Both the position numbers and the translations under genes were made by a program. The notes under the pieces are model-generated. The model ran no database searches. It saw nothing but the letters and a program-made list of their open reading frames with translations, and was not told the origin of the DNA. Shown piece after piece: positions 51,765 to 64,000 of a DNA stretch of 64,000 nt (position 1 is the first letter of the stretch; each line of letters starts with the position of its first letter). Origin of the DNA: Lingula anatina (Eukaryota; Animalia; Brachiopoda); contig CM120642.1 of NCBI GenBank assembly GCA_051362555.1, positions 17,112,001 to 17,176,000 of the forward strand, read 5' to 3'.

Positions 51765-54509
51765 TTTACGCAAAAAAGTAAAGATATGCTATTATCGTAT
51801 TTTTTCTCATTTATCCAGACAACCAAAAAAAAAAAAAAAAAAAAAAAAAAACGTAGAAGGTACTGTGTCTTAAAAGTCATACCCAGAACTTCTTACTTGC
51901 ATTTATTTTCGTTTAATTCTGCTTTAATTATTTTGAGGAACAATGTTATTTCCAAGTGCGGCTGGATGTGTATGCGTGATGTTCAACAAAATGTTTACTA
52001 CAGAATTAATTACCTATTTATTATTCGTGGTGATGATAAAAACGAGTTTAAAAAAACATACATAATAATAGATTTTTTTGGTATTTTACTGTATTTTGGA
52101 GCAAATTGGTCATAATTTTAAGAAGTGTTGTCATTATAGTAAAAAGAGTAACATCGTTATAGGCTAAGCTTTTAAATTTGAGAAAATCAGGAATTTCATA
52201 CTTACAGCTTTAGTGGCTTTCGTGCCAAAATAAAAACCTTTAGTGCAGATGCAAATATACCAATAATTTAGTATTCTTTGCAGCTATTTCAATCTTACTC
52301 CTTTACCCTTGGTGTTTATAAGATTAGAATAAGGAGGTAAAATAAAAAAAAATATGAATTGTGAGAAACAGAATTTTTCGGAAGGTGTCACTTGCTTTCA
52401 CTTACTACAGAATAGGGCCAAGAACTCCTTCATCTTATCACTCAGTCTTTGAAACGTTTAGGAGAATATTAAAGACGATGAACAATATCATAATTGCTTG
52501 CACATTCCAAGCATCTGTAACCATCCTTTAAGTTTCAGATAGTAATGGCAATCGCAGCAGCCGCGCGGGGGTGCATAAACCAATTAAATTATCCTTTTAC
52601 TAAGTTTCTTATAAAAAAAAACGTTGCTGTGATTGATGTGTTAAGAAAAGAACCCACAAATGCAAGTCCGTTTAACTTTTACAAGATGGGAATTACTGTC
52701 AGAAACAGATATGATTGGCTTTTGTAAATTTAGGTCAAATTTAAATTTACTTTACTGCAACTGGGGTCGCTAGTGTCTATGATATGTGGAAGTTGGGTGT
52801 CTAGCCAAAGGGACGTCTACAGCAGCTATGACTAATATTAATTCAATAATTTTTAACTAACCTTATGATACAAACATAGTCGAATTACGTTTTTTCTTAT
52901 CAGATCAACAGACCAAGCAAATTTTCTGACATTTTAAATAAATACATTTGCAACATTTTTTTTACCAATTAAGTGGTTATTCTGAGTGCAGCGTATTACA
53001 TATTTCATACATCATTAGAGAAACAAAGTGGTATCAATTTAAGTTGTTAGACCTTGATTGCCATCAATTTAATATAATTTCACTGTCAGCCTATAGGGGA
53101 TGTGTATTCCATAATAGGTCTAAGAAACATCTGCGTGAATGCTAGGGATCAATTACCCCCCCCCCCCCTCCCCCAAACTCTCTCTCTCTGAAAATTCCGT
53201 GGTAGTTATTCAAGGGAGAGCAGAATGCGTGCCAATGCTTGGATTTGGGAAAGCTCATGTTTAACTCAACTTTAAGAACAATGCAAATAGACTGTAAAAG
53301 AAAATCAGGCACACTCTCTTGCTCCTCTTTATTTCTACAGCCTTGAACGATTTCGTGAGGACAAATTCCTCTGCCTGTTTTATCTTCTTACACAGCACTT
53401 CATGATACCGCCTTAAACCTGTGTCATATGGCGCTAGGAGCTTATTTGTGATATTATCTGCTGGTTTAAATCATTTCGTGCGTTCATTAATTTAAGGTTT
53501 TTTGGTTAAAGCGTAGAAGAACCTATTTTGACAAGATGGGTTACGAGGCCATCGACCCTAATTTTGAGGTTATCTGATTTTAAACCCTTTTTGGAAAATA
53601 GCACTGGAGGTTGGTTTGGTACGAGTAAGCGGAAGAAATTTACTGCTAGACCCAGAAAAAAATGTATATGTTGTTTTATATGCTGTGGATTAGACATTTA
53701 TCTCCCTAGAATAAAATTAAAAAAAAAAAAGAAAAAAAAGACCGACCAACCGCCGATTAAGTTCAGCTGCAGACTATATGAAAAAAGCACAATCCAGCCA
53801 CCTAACTTGTTGGCAGAAAGCCACAACTAGTTAAACAACTTATCACGTATACCTGGTCTTGTCCAGATTATATTGTAACCAGTTTTATTTGATAATGGCG
53901 TTTATTCTGAAACCTGTCCAAAAAGGGGTGAGTCTGACAACGTTTGAGACAAGAAACGTAGAAACGATTTTTACCATTTTTACACAAAAGAAACTGAAAG
54001 CACGTCTATCAAAGACTCGTATAAAACAAGGATTGGGGGATTGCGGCAAGGAAAAGCATATCTTGTCTTCCAGCCGTTATTTCAAACCGCATCGCCTTTA
54101 TGACCATCATCATCATCATCATTATCATCATTTAGAAAATGAACACTTGTTGCTTACTCATATCATATTACATACCTAATATGTATATAAGTAATCTTTA
54201 GACACTTTTAATTGTATTCTTTCGGGGTTAATATCGACATATTCTACAGAATATTATATCAAAAGAAATCATCTTCAAGGCTGCGCGATTTAGTAACGCC
54301 CGCACACTCCACCATACAAAGTCGACCATGCCAAGCCCGTCATAAATGTCACTTGACCCCTTCTCTTGCGTAATTACACAAACAATTTAGTGCATACGTG
54401 TAAAGGGGTCAGTGCAAGGTAAAGTGGTCAGTGGTCAAATAAATAGTGCATTTTTGGAAGCGACTGTCAGTCTTGTGAGTTGTATGAAAGGACAGCACAC
54501 CAGAGCAAT

Positions 54510-57500
54510 ATGAAGGGAGGAGCACTTTGCCTCGCCGCACTGTTGATTGCAGGGATCAAACTGCAGCAAGCGGCACATATAAATAACGAAGGTACGTCGA
54601 ATAATTTCTTATCTTATGATCAAATGTGCAGATGAGTTCTGTGGATTTACTTTTTTTCTCACCCTTTCATGGTGAAAATATTAATTATTGATAAAGGATC
54701 AGATCCAAGGGTAAGACTTTGAATGCTCCGGAAAACAGTTTTAGATCAAAGAGAAACTTTTCACGACGTCTTGCTATTGTTCATACTGGCTAAACAGCTT
54801 CGTGCTGAGTAGTGGTCATATCGTGTATACAGGTCGTCCCTTCTTTTAGCACTGTTTATGTGATGTGACAACTATTGAAACAGTCTATGGTTCCTAGTAG
54901 AATAATGAAAATGCCTATCAAAACCTTGATCAAAATCCTATGGAAATATAGAAAAAAATTATTGATCACTTCGTTAAAGGATCTTGAAGACAGTTTAAGC
55001 CCAGATTTGCAAATTAATTAGGCCTGGTTTGGCAAAATGCTGAATGAATGACAATTTTTGTTGCATTTCTATTAGCATGAACATAATCTTTATAAATTGA
55101 AATACCATACACATGACAAGCCTATTATAATACTAATAACACAATATCCCCTCCAACTGCGCTATTGAAAAGATGCTTAATACAAAGGAAAAAAAGTCTG
55201 TTGCGTATTCAATAATAATAATGCACCTTCATGTACACGTATACATCAGAATCGAAATAATGGAATTTACGAAGGTAGTGAAGGACTTACCCCTCCCACA
55301 AAAATAAGGCCTTGACAATAAGGTGAAAGTGAAAAGCTCGGGGAAACTGACATGACACAAGCGCATCTTTCTCTAGGGTTCTAAATTATACGCTCTCGAC
55401 ACCATAGGAAATAAGGTGGAAAGTGCATTTGTTTAGAAAGAAGAAATGGTAGTCCATTGAACTAAATCTGCTTATATATCCCCTCTGGAAGTATCGAATT
55501 TTTTCCTGGCGGTCGCACGCTCCATCTAACACGTATATTTTGTGTAAATAAACGTGAAGTACATCACGACGCTTTTCACGTTGTATTAGTCTGTGGGGAT
55601 ATCTTTAGAAACCATGTTGCATGCTGTACATTGTTTACCATGTTTACATTTAATACGTAATAGCAAACCTGTGACAGTCTAGCCCAAAGTAACACAAGTA
55701 ATGTACCTTCGTGTGCGAAGGATTATATAATTATAATATCAACTTATGTAAATTTCTTGAAAATGAAATATTTAATAAATGGGGAGAATTTTCTGGTTCA
55801 TTGACCTAAGTACACGTACTTACGGTATATTGCACGTCTCTATTTAGACTTGCAAAATTAGTTAAACTGTGAAACTGAAGGCAGTTAAGAGCGATTCAAT
55901 ATGTACTGTGTGAGAAAATGTCTAGACATAGGCGTGACACGATGTTTTCTCTTGCGGCATAATCAGGCCTTTTAAACGGATTAGGCGTTTGCTAACACTA
56001 CCCGCAGATCTTTCAGCACTAACGCTCATATTAACAACATAACCCACGAATTAACCAACACACCGTACAATTATTTAGCACCAACAAAGCGATACTTAGC
56101 ACTTACTTTCATCTGCTCTGGTAGTGCTGGTTAATTTGTGGGTATGGTGGTTAGTGTAGGTGTTGGTGCTAAAAGAGCTGCGGGTAGTGTTAGTAAACGC
56201 CAGCCTAATCCGTTTGTAAGGCCTGATAAAGAGGTCACTAGTACCTTAGCTGGGATACAGGTTATTTACGATTATATTGTTGAGTGTTATATAACATTTT
56301 TGGAACATAAGTTATTAAAAATATGTAAAAATGTGTAGTAAAAATATTATTTTGATGATACTGAACTTTCGGGAAAATAAATCAAAACGCCGCAGAGAAC
56401 AGAGCGGAATATTCTGATTTTCAATTTTGGTTTTTTAAATATTTTATAATAACTTCACTGTGGATTTGATCAATAACCCAATTTAAATGAACACGAACGT
56501 ATGGAGTAATAAGAGGCGAGGGCGCACCTTTAACTCAAAGGAGCGCCACACGCGCAAATCCAAATGCTGTATGGTTTAAAACTATTTCACCGTAATGCAT
56601 AGAAGTAAATACCTCCAAAACTACCGTACGCCAAATGTTCGATCCATAAAGTAGCAAATGCACGTGCAAATACTTAAAACTTCTTATTCATTTCTAACAG
56701 ACAAAGATATGTCAGATGTTACAGTTTATGAAAATTAAGATTTGCTTAATTTTGACACGACTGATTTTTTTATTCCAAAAATTAATAATTTGATAGCTGA
56801 GGCCATCCTCATTTTGGTATATTGTCTAAAAATGAAATCTGGTTCATAGACACTTTCAGCTTCGTTTGTGCAGCCGCACCCGGAGAAATTCGTGGAAGAA
56901 TACCAGCAGCCACGTGCCGAAAACAAGGTTAATTACAATAGATTATTGCATCACTGCATACTTGTGCCCTTGTCTCGATGTTGTCATAAAGTGGTTTAGC
57001 ACTGGTCATCCGGTTAGCAATCTGATACAGGTGGTTGACCAGCCAATTACGCTCTGGTTTAACAATGTAAACAAGCGGGATCAATGCGTCGTTAGTGTGT
57101 TCTAGAACTCGTATAATTTGGCTGCGTGGGTCGGTGCGCATCCTGAGGGTAGGGTCTACCATAGGCTGATCCTTTTCTTTTGGTGATTTTACCCTGGCAA
57201 ATGCACAGACTATATCCCTATTATTTTCCATTATATTTCACTTGTTGTGGAAGTCTTATAATGTGCGCCAATAAACTGGCATTCGGTCTCCTGATTTTTC
57301 ACACGGTCAATAGAGAATCTTAAAGAAGCATGTGAAATAACATTTGTTTTGCCCAGCTTTTCCGAAGCTTTACACCAGATATAGGCACACAGACATATAA
57401 ATGTGATCTTTACTTTTGGGTGGTGGATATTACCGTGGTGGATATTAGGTATGGGATATCACCGCTGCCGCTAGAGATAAAGAAATGTATTGACATGCAG

Positions 57501-59610
57501 ATTAGTACAGAGGGTACTTTCGCTGACGCATATCCACATCAGATTGCTTACATAGGTACAAGTAGTGCGTTTCCACAGCTGACAAAGAGGCCATTCAGAA
57601 TGAGAAGAGCCGAGTGCTAGCTAGGCCACGACCTAAATATAGGGCACGACCTAGGCCTCGACAGGTTGGATTGAGCCGAGATTTAATTACTGTGACCCTG
57701 CAGGGACGACGCGTGGGGAGGCGTGTAAGAAGCGGAGAGGCCATTACAGGTTTAAGCGGTCTTCCTTTCATGTAGGTCCGTCATATTTATGTTGTGGCCT
57801 AGCTAGCACTCGGCTCTTCTCATTCTGAATGGCCTCATAGATGTATGCATTTCTGGTCTGTACTTCTTTGGTGACATCGTGATGGTAATAAGACCCGGGT
57901 GTCCATGTTACTTAATGGTTAATACACAACTCCCATAACATGGGTTCCTTTCACACAATTTAGATCACGACTCGTACAATGGAATCATAATAGCTAAACC
58001 TTGATGTCAAGGTTTCTTTTGTACAACAATGCCCTGTTCGTGATGGAAGGAAAGTCAACCAGAACATGAAAACCAACGATACATGTAATTGGGGTTTACG
58101 TCCTTTAAGGTGTCATGATTTTGATATATAACACGCTGGACACAATGGACCGAATGGATTCAGCCCTGTAGTTACCGACGCTCTCCCTCTCTGCACTTTC
58201 CCAAAGTAAGCCAAAAAATTAGTAGCTATTCAGTTTTTTCTTTTAGAAAATGTGATTTTCCTGTCTGTTGAAACATCCCAACTTTTTCATCGTCGGCTCT
58301 TTCCATATGTCTGGTGTGCTATATTTGCAACATTTCAGTTTAGAAGGTTGAATTGCAAGAATGGGACTACTGCTGAAACAGAAGCGCTTTAGGCTATTTG
58401 TATAATCACATTTATCTCAACTTTTTGTTTTCATCATCTGTTTTGATTTGTTATTTGTGAAGGTAATTTGGTAGCCTATAACAATGCTTTTCAACTTATA
58501 AATGAATATTTGTATTGGTAAAATCTTGTAGGAGCGACACCTGTCACAAATAAATAAAGTCACTATTTCAATGTTTTAGACATCGAAGTGGTCACCATTA
58601 GGGAGGTGACAGACCCAGTCGAGCGCGAGCTTGGCACTGACCAGCCTGATGCACGGTACCAATTTGACGCACACGGCAAGAGCTTTGATCTCCGTCTGAA
58701 GAGAAACAACCGAATCAATTTGAGAACAACGCCCGTGCACTACTGCGACCACACTGGGAGAATTACAAAAAAAGCTCTAGGGAGCGATGACGTAAGAAGT
58801 TTTTATTTTGGGTTGCCATGTTTGCGTTATATGATTAAGAAAGAATCCAAAATCTGTAAAAGAGGATATGAATTTACCTCTGTTTCTCTGTTTGTCACCA
58901 GCCTAACTCAAAAAGTTCTAGGTGGATTTTGATGAAATTTTCAGTATCGGCTGGAAATAGGCTAACTTAAAGATGATTAGATTTTGTTGGTGCTCCGTGA
59001 TGCAGATCATCATTTGGATCCAATAACTGCTTAAAGGATTCTCCATCGTCTTGAAATAGAGCCTTGACCCGCCCAGCAATGAAAGTGCTCTCAACTACCG
59101 CAATCTATCAGTGTAAATTTCTTGGCGGAGGTCTTCGCTCTACTTTTTTAGTTGATTTATATTATTGATTAAGTGTCCGAATGTTATTAGGCATTTTGAA
59201 CGTGTTTTTGAAACCTACACAAATGAAATTATACATAAGACTTAATAGCTTTACTTCCATCTACGCCATCTGTTCCAGGATTTCACTCTCTATCAAGATA
59301 AGGCCAGCAACGCCGCTGTTGCAGTATATACCGATAAAAGAGATGCAAAAAATCAAAAGAAAATGGTGAGTTCAGTTTCCCCTCAATGTAAGAAGAAACG
59401 AAAATCGCCACAAGTAAAATACAGTGTCGTGCAAACATATCACAGACTTTTCGATTACCAGACGACAGCGAAACATTTGCACGAAGATCGTTGTGTTTAC
59501 ATAAGATTCTTCTAACACACACGGATTTATCTTTCTATTCGAAACGAACCCAAAGTGACATATGGTTTAAGAAATCCTATCGCATTCGTGTCAGGTCTTG
59601 TTATCCTACT

Positions 59611-59659
<49 letters not shown>

Positions 59660-62600
59660 AATGCCTACCTCCATTAACACCTTGTAAAAATTAGATTTTT
59701 TAAATTTCACAGGAGGGTTTCGTTATCGATGCAGACCAAATGTATGAAGTTCGTCACTTAGAGGACGACAAATACGTCGTGGCCCGTCAGAACATAGAAT
59801 CAAAACCCCCGGGAGAGGAAGACGTCGACACATATGCCGGTAGGTAAATACAGGTTAAAAGTTTTTGCCTGATTAAGAACTTTTTTTCAGACGTTTTAAC
59901 ATAAAATTTTGGTGTCTGTTTGAACAGTGCTCAAACGATGTGAGCGCTACATTACGTAGAAATGTAGATGGTTACTGCATGTATAGGCCCTATACCCGTA
60001 TTAAGACAACATGGTAGTCATGTTTTTTATAAATCCCGAAATAAAATAATAATGCATTAAAATATTCATCCGTGCCTGAAATTGTTGGAACTTTCACTCA
60101 ATTAATAACAGAATAAAGAAAAACACTGCTTTAGGTTTACCCTTTTAACGAGACATCGATTTTACCTTCTTGGTAACCAGTTTTTTACGATCCATGCATT
60201 GTACAATTATTTAATGAACAGATTATAATTCCATTCTATTTGATATAAATATTGAATGCATGGCCATTGCGTTTTTTTTCTACCTAATAAATAACACATA
60301 CTGTTAAAATGTCCACTTGTTACAGAGAAACCAACACGTCGTCAGCTTCACCTCCACGTTCGCCGGTCAGCCGACGCGTCCACTCTCCTCCGAACACTGA
60401 TGGACGTGCTGACCGCTGTTAACAAGCAGAAAACTGATAAAGCCATAGAACTTAGCAAGAAACAGACATATAGTGGGTCCCACATTGACGCCAGCGTGGA
60501 ACTCATGGTGTGCACTGATGACACGATCTGGACCTACTTTTTGGGGCGGAATAACCAAGACGCTGCTGCGGCGGAAACAGAACTGAAAAGATACTACGCT
60601 CTGATAACTAATGGGGTAGTTTTTCTTTCTTTGAATTTTGGCATGTCAATTTATTGCACGTCATTTGGAAGACCACTGTTGTAAAATTACGGAATACATA
60701 TTGTTTCAAAGTGATCTACATGCACTGAAACCTAAAAATATTACACCACACATTACTCTCATTAATTGATATTTAATTTCATACGATGGATTAGTTGTTT
60801 TATTTCAGATAAATCTGAAAACTTTTAAAATTTATGCTGAATATCGGAGTGTCCAATAATAAGAGTGTCCATCAAAATATGAGAAAGAATGTTATGCCAT
60901 TCCTTTAAAGGACGCTTAGACTGCAGTGTCTATATATAGGTCTACGCAGAACAAATAACGACATTGTTAGCTGTGATGTCGAAATATTAGGTTTCATTTG
61001 GCCTACATTTGTGCGAGTGATTTAATAATAAGGTCTATATACTAACTGTCACAATCATTTTTTCTCCAGATGGACCTTCGCTACCAGAATATTGAGGATC
61101 CAGATTTGAATATTTACGTTGTGTTGGCAGCATATGCTATTGTCCAGGTAACATTTGCTTTGTATTCTTCAACTGATCACTGCACAGAACTAGAACTATC
61201 GTTGGTACACGGGAAAGTAAATACGTCAAATAAAGCATTTTAATTAATGAGTGACCCGTGGTGGTGCACCTCGTTCGAACAATTGTCACGCCGTTATCCC
61301 AATAGCCGACCAAACTGCACGGTATTATCCAAAGTAAATAATTGTCTTATTGCTGCATCATGAGATTGAATTAGATGTATCAGCCTCGCTGTTTTTTAAG
61401 ACGTAAAGGGTTCACGTAGGTCACGATATGGAAACTTGTTCGTTTTCACGTTATTATACGATTAATAAGTTCCTTAGTTTAAACCACGCAATTTGCCATA
61501 GAAGGGAAACAATAAAGGGAACCGGAGAAGATCAGCATTGGTCAGAATTGTGCCGGAAGTGACGTGCAGTGGTGTTAGAAACGAAGCTGAGTGGTCATTT
61601 TAATATAGAGGTGAACGGCAGTGAAGACGGGTTGTCGGAGGAAAAAGAAGTTTTCTAAACAACATGGTAAGATAACACTTTTTCTTTACGCATTTTTGGC
61701 AGAGAAAACTTGTAGAAATAATAAATGCATGATATGAAAACGTGACACGGAACTTGAAGGTGCAAAATCGTGCTTAATTGGCGGTCAACTTGTTTTAAAA
61801 TGAATGCTGCATCGACCGCCATTGCGACAAAGAGTGTAAATGGAAAATAATTCCCGGGAGGCTGTAAATCGTTGCCATGTGGAAATTTGGCATTAATATA
61901 ATCCGATATGTCCATATCTAATTATTTTTGGGGTTTTTATGGTATGAGCTGCAATTAGAACGAAGTTTTAGAGGTCTTGAAGGACCTTGTGAAAACAAGG
62001 AAGTAGTTCGTAACTAACAAGTGGAATGTACCGATCTCCGACTGCTGTGCACAGCTGTATCCTTTTTTTCAATATATTGACGAATTTTTGTCACAGGACA
62101 AATAAAACATTTCACTGACAAGATCTTCCCAAAAAGACAAAAAGAGAATTCAGGTGAGCTGACAGGTAATTAAGACTAGCTCAAAGTACTAATAATTGAC
62201 ATTATTATGCAATACTCAGTTGGTAAAACGATTCTCACAGGTAGATAAGATGTAACATGACAAATTTCTATAGGCTAATGATTTCCAGCCTGAGGAAATT
62301 GATTGCCAGTCTCTTTTGTCAGTGATTTTTAACTCAGATAAGAGTGTCACCTTTGTCTTGGCATTTGTCACTGATTAGCGCCTTCCCCAGTGTAAAAGGG
62401 TGATCATGTGTGTGAAATTTCATGCCAGATGGACATATAAAGATCTAAAAATTCGTCATTATATTGAAAAAAGATACAGCTGTGCACAGCAGTCGGAGAT
62501 CGGTACATTCCACTTGTTAGTTACGAACTACTTCCTGGTTTTCACAAGGTCCTTCAAGACCTCTAAAACATCGTTGTAATTGCAGCCCATACCATAAAAC

Positions 62601-63330
62601 ACCCAAAAATACTTAGATATGGACATATCGGATTATATTAATGCCAAATTTCCACATGACAACGATTTATAGACTCCCGGGAATTATTTCCCCTTTACGC
62701 TTATTGTTGCGCTGGCGGTCGACGCAGCATTTATTTCTAAACAAGTTGACCGCAAATTAAGCACGATTTTGCACCTTCAAGTTCCGTGTCACGTTTTCAT
62801 ATCATGCATTTATTATTTCTGCAAGTTTTCTCTGCCAAAAATGCGTAAAAAAGAGAGTTATCTTACCATGTTGTTTAGAAAACTTCTTTTTCCTCCGACA
62901 ACCCGTCTTCACTGCCGTTCACCTCTATGTTAAAATGACCACTCAGCTTCGTTTCTAACACCACTGCACGTCACTTCCGGCACAATTCTGACCAATGCTG
63001 ATCTTCTCCGGTTCCCTTTATAAACTCGCTTTAACTGTAAATAAGCGTACGGTAGTGGCAAAATGTTTTAAGGGGAAAAGATATTACGGAAGGTGGCGAT
63101 ACTGTGTAATAGACTCCGCTGGATTGCCAAGATTTAAAAACGGTAAGCTTCTATAATCCTCAGGGCGCCGGTGGGGCTCCTTGGTTTAGTAATAACGTGC
63201 TACCAGGGGAACCGGAGGAAAACGGAAGGAAAATGGTGAATAAAACATCCTCCCTGAATGACTGGTGCAAGTACCGTAATGACAACTACGGTTCTTTCAG
63301 CGAACATGATCACGGAATGGCATTCACTAT
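54510..63330 (+). CDS. Paralog of the M12B ADAMTS-like protease, divergently transcribed; first 7 exons only (continues beyond window)
   Basis: Exons 54510-54591, 58580-58791, 59279-59365, 59713-59839, 60326-60615, 61070-61147, 63164-63330. Intron phases match the minus-strand gene, and exons 4, 6 and 7 have identical lengths (127, 78, 167 nt). Shared peptides: YQFDAHGKSFDLRL, LYQDK.SNAAVAV, HIDA.VEL..CTDDTIW.YF, DLRYQNI.DPDLNIY, DWCKYR.DNY, EHDHGMAFTM. The zinc motif exon is not in the window. Confidence 0.9.
55963..56226. mobile_element. Palindromic MITE (family shared with 40915-41177)
   Basis: TCAGGCCTTTTAAACGGATTAGGC / GCCTAATCCGTTTGTAAGGCCTGA termini; TAA on both flanks. Confidence 0.85.
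56785..57231 (-). pseudogene. Possible decayed CARD/death-fold-like coding fragment
   Basis: One frame reads ..RVLEHTNDALIPLVYIVKPERNWLVNHLYQ..LYDNIETRAQ..N*PCFRHVAAGILPRISPGA..FLDNIPK*GWPQLSNY*, with two internal stops. Resemblance judged by eye only. Confidence 0.3.
57587..57836. mobile_element. MITE with ~43-bp perfect TIR
   Basis: GAGGCCATTCAGAATGAGAAGAGCCGAGTGCTAGCTAGGCCAC / GTGGCCTAGCTAGCACTCGGCTCTTCTCATTCTGAATGGCCTC; TSD not clear. Confidence 0.88.
58874..59153 (+). mobile_element. Degraded copy of the 42815-43198 HINE family
   Basis: TAACTCAAAAAGTT..GGATTTTGATGAAATTTTCAG body, 3' CTTGGCGGAGGTCTTCGCTCT..TAGTT. A more decayed minus-strand relic is likely at ~16520-16705. Confidence 0.65.
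59614..59656. repeat. (CT)n microsatellite
   Basis: Direct read. Confidence 0.97.
61512..63021. mobile_element. Foldback/long-TIR non-autonomous DNA transposon (arms ~575 bp, spacer ~357 bp) in intron 6 of the + strand protease
   Basis: 61512-62089 is the near-perfect reverse complement of 62447-63021 (ATAAAGGGAACCGGAGAAGATCAGCATTGG... / ...CCAATGCTGATCTTCTCCGGTTCCCTTTAT). TA flanks both termini. Confidence 0.92.
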
Positions 63331-64000
63331 GTGAGTATATTGCCATTTGAGATTAATTTACACCACTCCATTTCTTAATGTAATTTACAGACTTATAATG
63401 TTTTCGGTATTGTTTTTTAACAAAAATCATTGGAATTAAGCACTTCTTTGTTTACTTAATATATGTAAAACCTACATAGACAGATCATTGGCAGCGAAAG
63501 ATGTACACACCCCTCCCTAAATTTCTAAAATTTTCAAGTAGACATGGCACATTAAATTATATCTATTCTCCTTCCCAATGTTGCGTACCCCAATTTCTGG
63601 AATCTCATGTACTTTTTAACAACGACACATTAAAGATACATACAAAGTCAATTTTTTCTCACAGAAACCAACCAAATGCCAGCATATAGTTTCAAGTAGT
63701 ATAACTAAGAGAATTACCAAAAGGCATTGTTTAATTTTACCCGAAAATGATGTTTGAACAGATTTTTCTGCTGGTATTCTAAGCTGTATGTCAATGGGGC
63801 AAGAAAGTAGGTCACGGAAGTAGGTTAAATTTACAACCATAAATTTAAAGAAAGGAGCAGTCTAAAGGTCTTTTATGGCTGATCGAGTGATCTATTCAGT
63901 TTATCCCTTGGCATGTCAAATTTATTTGAGTCATATAAGAATGTAGTAGAAGTGGTTTACATGTGTTACTGGGAATCCACGCTCCACCGATGCTCGGTTC

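Overview
AT-rich, intron-containing metazoan genomic DNA, probably an invertebrate (mollusc-like repeat content; taxon is inference). I reconstructed four protein-coding genes by hand from splice sites and reading phases. (1) A 4-exon secreted, probably GPI-anchored cyclase/KynB/isatin-hydrolase-family amidohydrolase (+, 4185-7965) that needs a GC-AG intron. (2) A 16-exon RalGDS/RGL-like Ral GEF (+, 10969-32730, ~700 aa) with a ~3.1 kb 3'UTR. (3) A 21-exon ADAMTS-like M12B metalloprotease (-, 50292-38642, ~1090 aa; prodomain-M12B-disintegrin-like-PLAC-like-8 TSR). (4) Its head-to-head paralog (+, from 54510, truncated by the window end). Repeats include two ~2.4 kb Helentron-type (HINE) elements carrying 146-bp satellite arrays, a second smaller HINE family, a 1.5 kb foldback element and several Harbinger-like MITEs. 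The most notable observations are: an in-frame 99-bp tandem array duplicating the Ras-binding beta-hairpin plus its splice donor in the RGL RA domain; a cluster of local duplications that each copy an RGL exon boundary; 8-Cys TSR variants and a conserved post-furin helical segment in the proteases; and a possible decayed CARD-like ORF. No CRISPR, rRNA or tRNA was seen, and I cannot claim a wholly new system from sequence alone.
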